Source: Macrostomum lignano (lineage: Eukaryota). Taken from it: a stretch of DNA of 64,000 bases. The DNA lies in assembly GCA_002269645.1 (NCBI GenBank), contig NIVC01002290.1, forward strand, positions 122,468 to 186,467. Reading direction: 5' to 3'. This document shows positions 60,467 through 64,000 of the stretch, piece by piece. Within the stretch, counting starts at the first letter, position 1; every line of letters starts with the position of its first letter. A model generated the notes under the pieces. The model did not search any database. It was not told the origin of the DNA and saw only the letters and a list, made by a program, of their open reading frames with translations. The translations under genes and the position numbers were made by a program.

Positions 60467-60716
60467 GGGGCTTGTAGCTCGCAGACAAGTGGTTAGAGCG
60501 ACGGACTCACGATTTGAAGGTCGGAGGTTCGATTCCCGATATCACTGGAACAATTTGTGGTCCTTAAGCAAGTGAGGGTGTGTATGGCGACCCCCCAGTC
60601 CTTAGACTGAACAGCCGTACGCAGCCTTCAGATGCGCCATGCAATAGCTGCGGCTGATCTGTCGGTTGCACATCTGCCTATTGGGACAGTTGTAATCCAT
60701 TATTATCATTATTATT
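60467..60716 (+). mobile_element. tRNA-derived SINE
   Basis: tRNA-like head (GGGGCTTGTAGCTC..GTGGTTAGAGCG, B box GGTTCGATTCC at 60526-60536), GTGGTCCTTAAGCAAG core-like motif, (ATT)n tail at about 60699-60716. Confidence 0.65.
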
Positions 60717-61748
60717 GGGGGACAAAGCACCTCTGGTCTCCGTGCAGCTATTGATACATGCACCGTACGTGTCATGTGGTGAATTCTATCGCTGTTGTTC
60801 AATTGGGCGTCTAAACTCAAGTTTTCATTCGGATATCGAGAAAAGCGCAATTTTTATTTATACAGAACAGAAAAAAACTTTCATTCAAAAATTTACTCTG
60901 CAAGAAATGTTTGTCTCGAACTACGCTCGAATCATAAGAAAATCGATCATGACAAGAAAATCTAGCTGGTGGGAAAAAGCAAATCTCAAAAAAAACTCGT
61001 AAATGTATCAAACTTTGAATTCGCGCCTGAACGGCTCTGACTTAAACGCCCTCACGTGTAATATAATGTAAATTCAAATGTCAGACCAAATAATCGTGAC
61101 CACCTAGCTGATAAACAAGTGAATTCTGCTTTTTATCATAGGTCAACGCGTTGAGAAATCAAGCATTGAGCAGTTGCGATAAAACCAGGCTCGGAACAAT
61201 TAAGGTGGATGCCCCATGAGGGGCAGTGCGTGGAGTGTGACGAGCAAATCATGACAGAAGAGTTTGCAAAGGAAATTCGCAAAAGAAGTTTAGCACTGAC
61301 AGCCAGAATTTGTGTACAAACAATGGCGGTTCCAAAGCTTTCCATATTGTAAGTCTGAGGACTCCACGACTTGGCCATCATACTCCACTCCAGATGCTGA
61401 GTCTCAGTACTCCATAGAACTCCACAGATTGTCACCAACTATTCAACGATTTACGACCGCAAGCACCCGCCAGCTTATGAGAGAGGGGGGGGTGCAGACT
61501 ACTTTATCTTGCTATTGCTGTAGCCTAGATAGGAATGCACTGCGCATACGCGTGCTCAGGGACTGAGTCGCAAAAATACACTCCGAGAGAAAGAGATGTA
61601 GATGGGGTGGCTTGCTGCGGGTCTTGAGGTAAAGAAGAATGAAATAAAGCCAGGGCCCGACCGGACCGTAATAACCCGCATACTCGTATAGACTTGCAAT
61701 CTTGTTGCTATCGCTCAGCAAATATTCACAACAGGATCAGCAGGAACA

Positions 61749-63330
61749 ATGGGCAACCTGACCAGCAGCAGCGGACCAAGGATTCCAAACTACAAGCCTG
61801 GCAAAGTGTACCTGTTCACCTTTCCCAGCGTCCGGTGCTGCCCAACAATATCGCCGTTCGCTCTGAAGGTGGAGTCCTGGCTGAGGCTCAATGGCATCGA
61901 GTACGAGGCTATTCGCAGCTACAGCCACTGGAGCAAGAAGGGCCAGGTGCCGTTCGTTGAAGTCGACGGCAGAGAGATCAACGAGTCCAGCTTCATCATC
62001 AAGGAGCTGGCGGCCAAGTTCAACAAGCTGGACGACCTGACTGCCGAGCAGCAGGCCGTGTCCAGCATGGTGGAGGCCATGGTGGACAACCACCTGGTGT
62101 GGTCGTACAGCCACTACCGGATGCTCGGTCCGGAAGCTCCCGTCTTCTTCGAGATGTGGGAGGGAATGGGCGCGGTGAAGCGCGCCATCGCGTCCCGGAC
62201 AATTCCGCGCAACTACAGATCCCGGCTGGAGGGCCACGGGATCGGCCGGAACACAGTAGAGGAGATTCACGCCATGGGCTGCGACGACATCCGGGCTCTG
62301 TCTGGCCTGCTCGGTGACAAGCAGTTTCTGATGGGCGGCGAGGCGCCCACGGCTGTCGATTGCGCCGTGTTCTCGCACCTGGCGCAGATCTGGTGAGGGT
62401 TTTGATCACCGTGCGGATTATTTACAAATCTACAAATCTTACAAATTTACAAATGACGAATCAGGGCAAAGGTACGGGCGTACGCAGGTACTCACCGTAC
62501 TCACACAGGGTCTGACTTTCTAGTTATCGCGCTTTGTGCATACTCTTGTGCCTTGGGTGCTGGGGCCTGCGCTGTTGGCAGAACATTCTTGACTCCCTCA
62601 GGAGAGTTCAGTAATCAAGGACTTCTGGAACGAAGTGTTCCCCTAGTGGTCCTTGCTAATAGTTGTCTGTTGGCTTATTGGAGGATAGGCAAAGTGAACA
62701 TGCTCCATGACCTAGCAACTGTCTGCAGCATTATTTAGCTCAAAAACTATCTTCAACCATAGAGGAGCCGGAATCAGTGGTGCTCTGATGTGCCAGCGGC
62801 CCAGGCTCGATTCCAATTGCAGTCACATTAATTTGCGGCTAAACTGAAATCTCGGCTTGGCTCTGCTCGTGCAATTAACACCCTTGAGGGCCAACCGCCA
62901 AGGCACAGTTAGGTGTATATGCCTGACGATAAATAAAGTTAGGGCCGCTGTACACTCGTGTGAGTGTGTGCCTGTGCGTATGACTGCGTACGTATCCGCG
63001 CGTTTGTGTGCCTGCTCAGGGGAGTCGGCAGAATGGGCAGTAATGCCTCTCGCCGGTTGTGTGACAATGTCGCTTAAAGTGCGCCAGGGTGCACGCAGCC
63101 CCTGCCTCTAACTAAAACTAACTACCTTCGACCATTCCAGGTATTCGCCTCTGAAGCCGCCGCACAAAGCGGTGATGGAGACGGAAGCCAAGAATCTAGG
63201 GCCCTACCTGGACAGGCTGAAGAGCATAATCTGGCCCGATTGGGACGAATTCTGTGCGGCCAATGTGCAGGGGAGTGAAAAACTGCCGACCGAAGACAAT
63301 AAGGAAGCGTCGAGTGACCAGCAGGAGTGA
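61749..63330 (+). CDS. fax: Failed-axon-connections/metaxin-like GST-fold protein (FAX/CDR family), 2 exons, about 277 aa
   Basis: Exons 61749-62392 and 63141-63330 (phase 2, TG|G = Trp). VYLFTFP..PTISPFALKVESWLRL, SKKGQVPFVE.DG..I.ES, LEGHGIGRN, LLGDKQFLMG..PT.VDCAVFSHLAQ, YLDRLK..WPDW. Confidence 0.9.
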
Positions 63331-63540
63331 CCAGTGGGAGTGACAAGCAGGAGTGACCAGGCAGGAGTGACAAACCGGAATGACCATCAGGACTAATAAA
63401 GGGTGGCCGTCATGACTATTAAGGAGTGACCATTATAACTATTAAAGAGTGACCATCATGACTATTAAGGAGTGACCATCATGACTATTGAGGAGTGACC
63501 TTCATGACCATTAAGGAGTGATTGTTATGACTATTAAGGA
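63312..63540 (+). repeat. 13-bp array (GAGTGACCAGCAG) overlapping the fax stop codon, followed by a related 23-bp array (AAGGAGTGACCATCATGACTATT)
   Basis: Units start at 63312, 63325, 63338, 63351, 63365; TGA 63328-63330 lies in unit 2. Confidence 0.85.
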
Positions 63541-64000
63541 GTTACCACCACGTTAAACATTATCAGTGTGAGCTTGTTTAGTAATTATATCTACATAAAT
63601 ACTTTTCCCCATTCAAATTTCGCTAGTTATGCTTCAGGATTTTTTATAATCATTTAGATATATGTTAATCAAAAAATATACGGTAAATTTTATACAGAAA
63701 AAGAGTCAAGCACCACAAATGTTGATACTAACAGTAGCACGCTGAAGAGTTCCTTCAATTCAGATTTTATTGGGAAATATTTTCAGAGAAATACTTAACG
63801 AATAACGAACGGGTCGTAAGCTTTAGTCAGCTGTCAAAACGGGAGCAAAGTTAAATTGAGCAAACCGGGGGCAACATCTGTGCGGAATTTTCCCACATCG
63901 CAAATAACACGTGTGGAACAAGGGGGGCTGAACTCTCTGCTCTGCAAGCCCCTTCTGACTACAGAAAATTACTCACTGATTTCTCCAACTAATTTTCTCC

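Noticed and set aside
61136-61566. CVEC-containing broken frame as a possible pseudogene of the orphan TM protein
   Set aside because: Only a 4-residue match, with multiple stops; no extended alignment.
62760-63110. Second SINE-like element in the fax intron (GGCTCGATTCC)
   Set aside because: B box is imperfect, with no clear A box or tail; needs a copy-number search.

Overview
Eukaryotic (animal) DNA: GC-rich spliced genes whose introns and flanks are packed with locus-specific minisatellites. The style suggests a free-living flatworm such as Macrostomum, which is inference only. Genes reconstructed by hand from GT-AG junctions, in order: (1) 3' part of an otopetrin proton channel (+); (2) a 3-exon DEG/ENaC channel (-), convergent with it; (3,4) two tandem 7-exon non-alpha nicotinic acetylcholine receptor subunits (+) with identical intron positions; (5) a 2-exon orphan Cys-rich type I membrane protein (-); (6) a 3-exon fructose-1,6-bisphosphatase (-); (7) an intronless orphan secreted 8-Cys protein (+); (8) a 2-exon FAX/metaxin-like GST-fold protein (+). 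Mobile DNA: two 5'-truncated RTE-like LINE pieces, a Crypton-type tyrosine recombinase ORF with an inverted repeat and hairpin, two copies of a hAT-type MITE, and a tRNA-derived SINE. Most long ORFs in the supplied track are translations of tandem repeats and are rejected. Strongest observations: a 393-bp apparent gene-conversion tract homogenising loop C and TM1-TM3 of the two nAChR paralogs; tandem arrays whose first unit contains a gene's own stop codon (3 genes) or that abut splice sites; two head-to-head pairs of the same satellite; an ENaC with altered HG and GxS motifs; and the Crypton recombinase with its catalytic residues retained.
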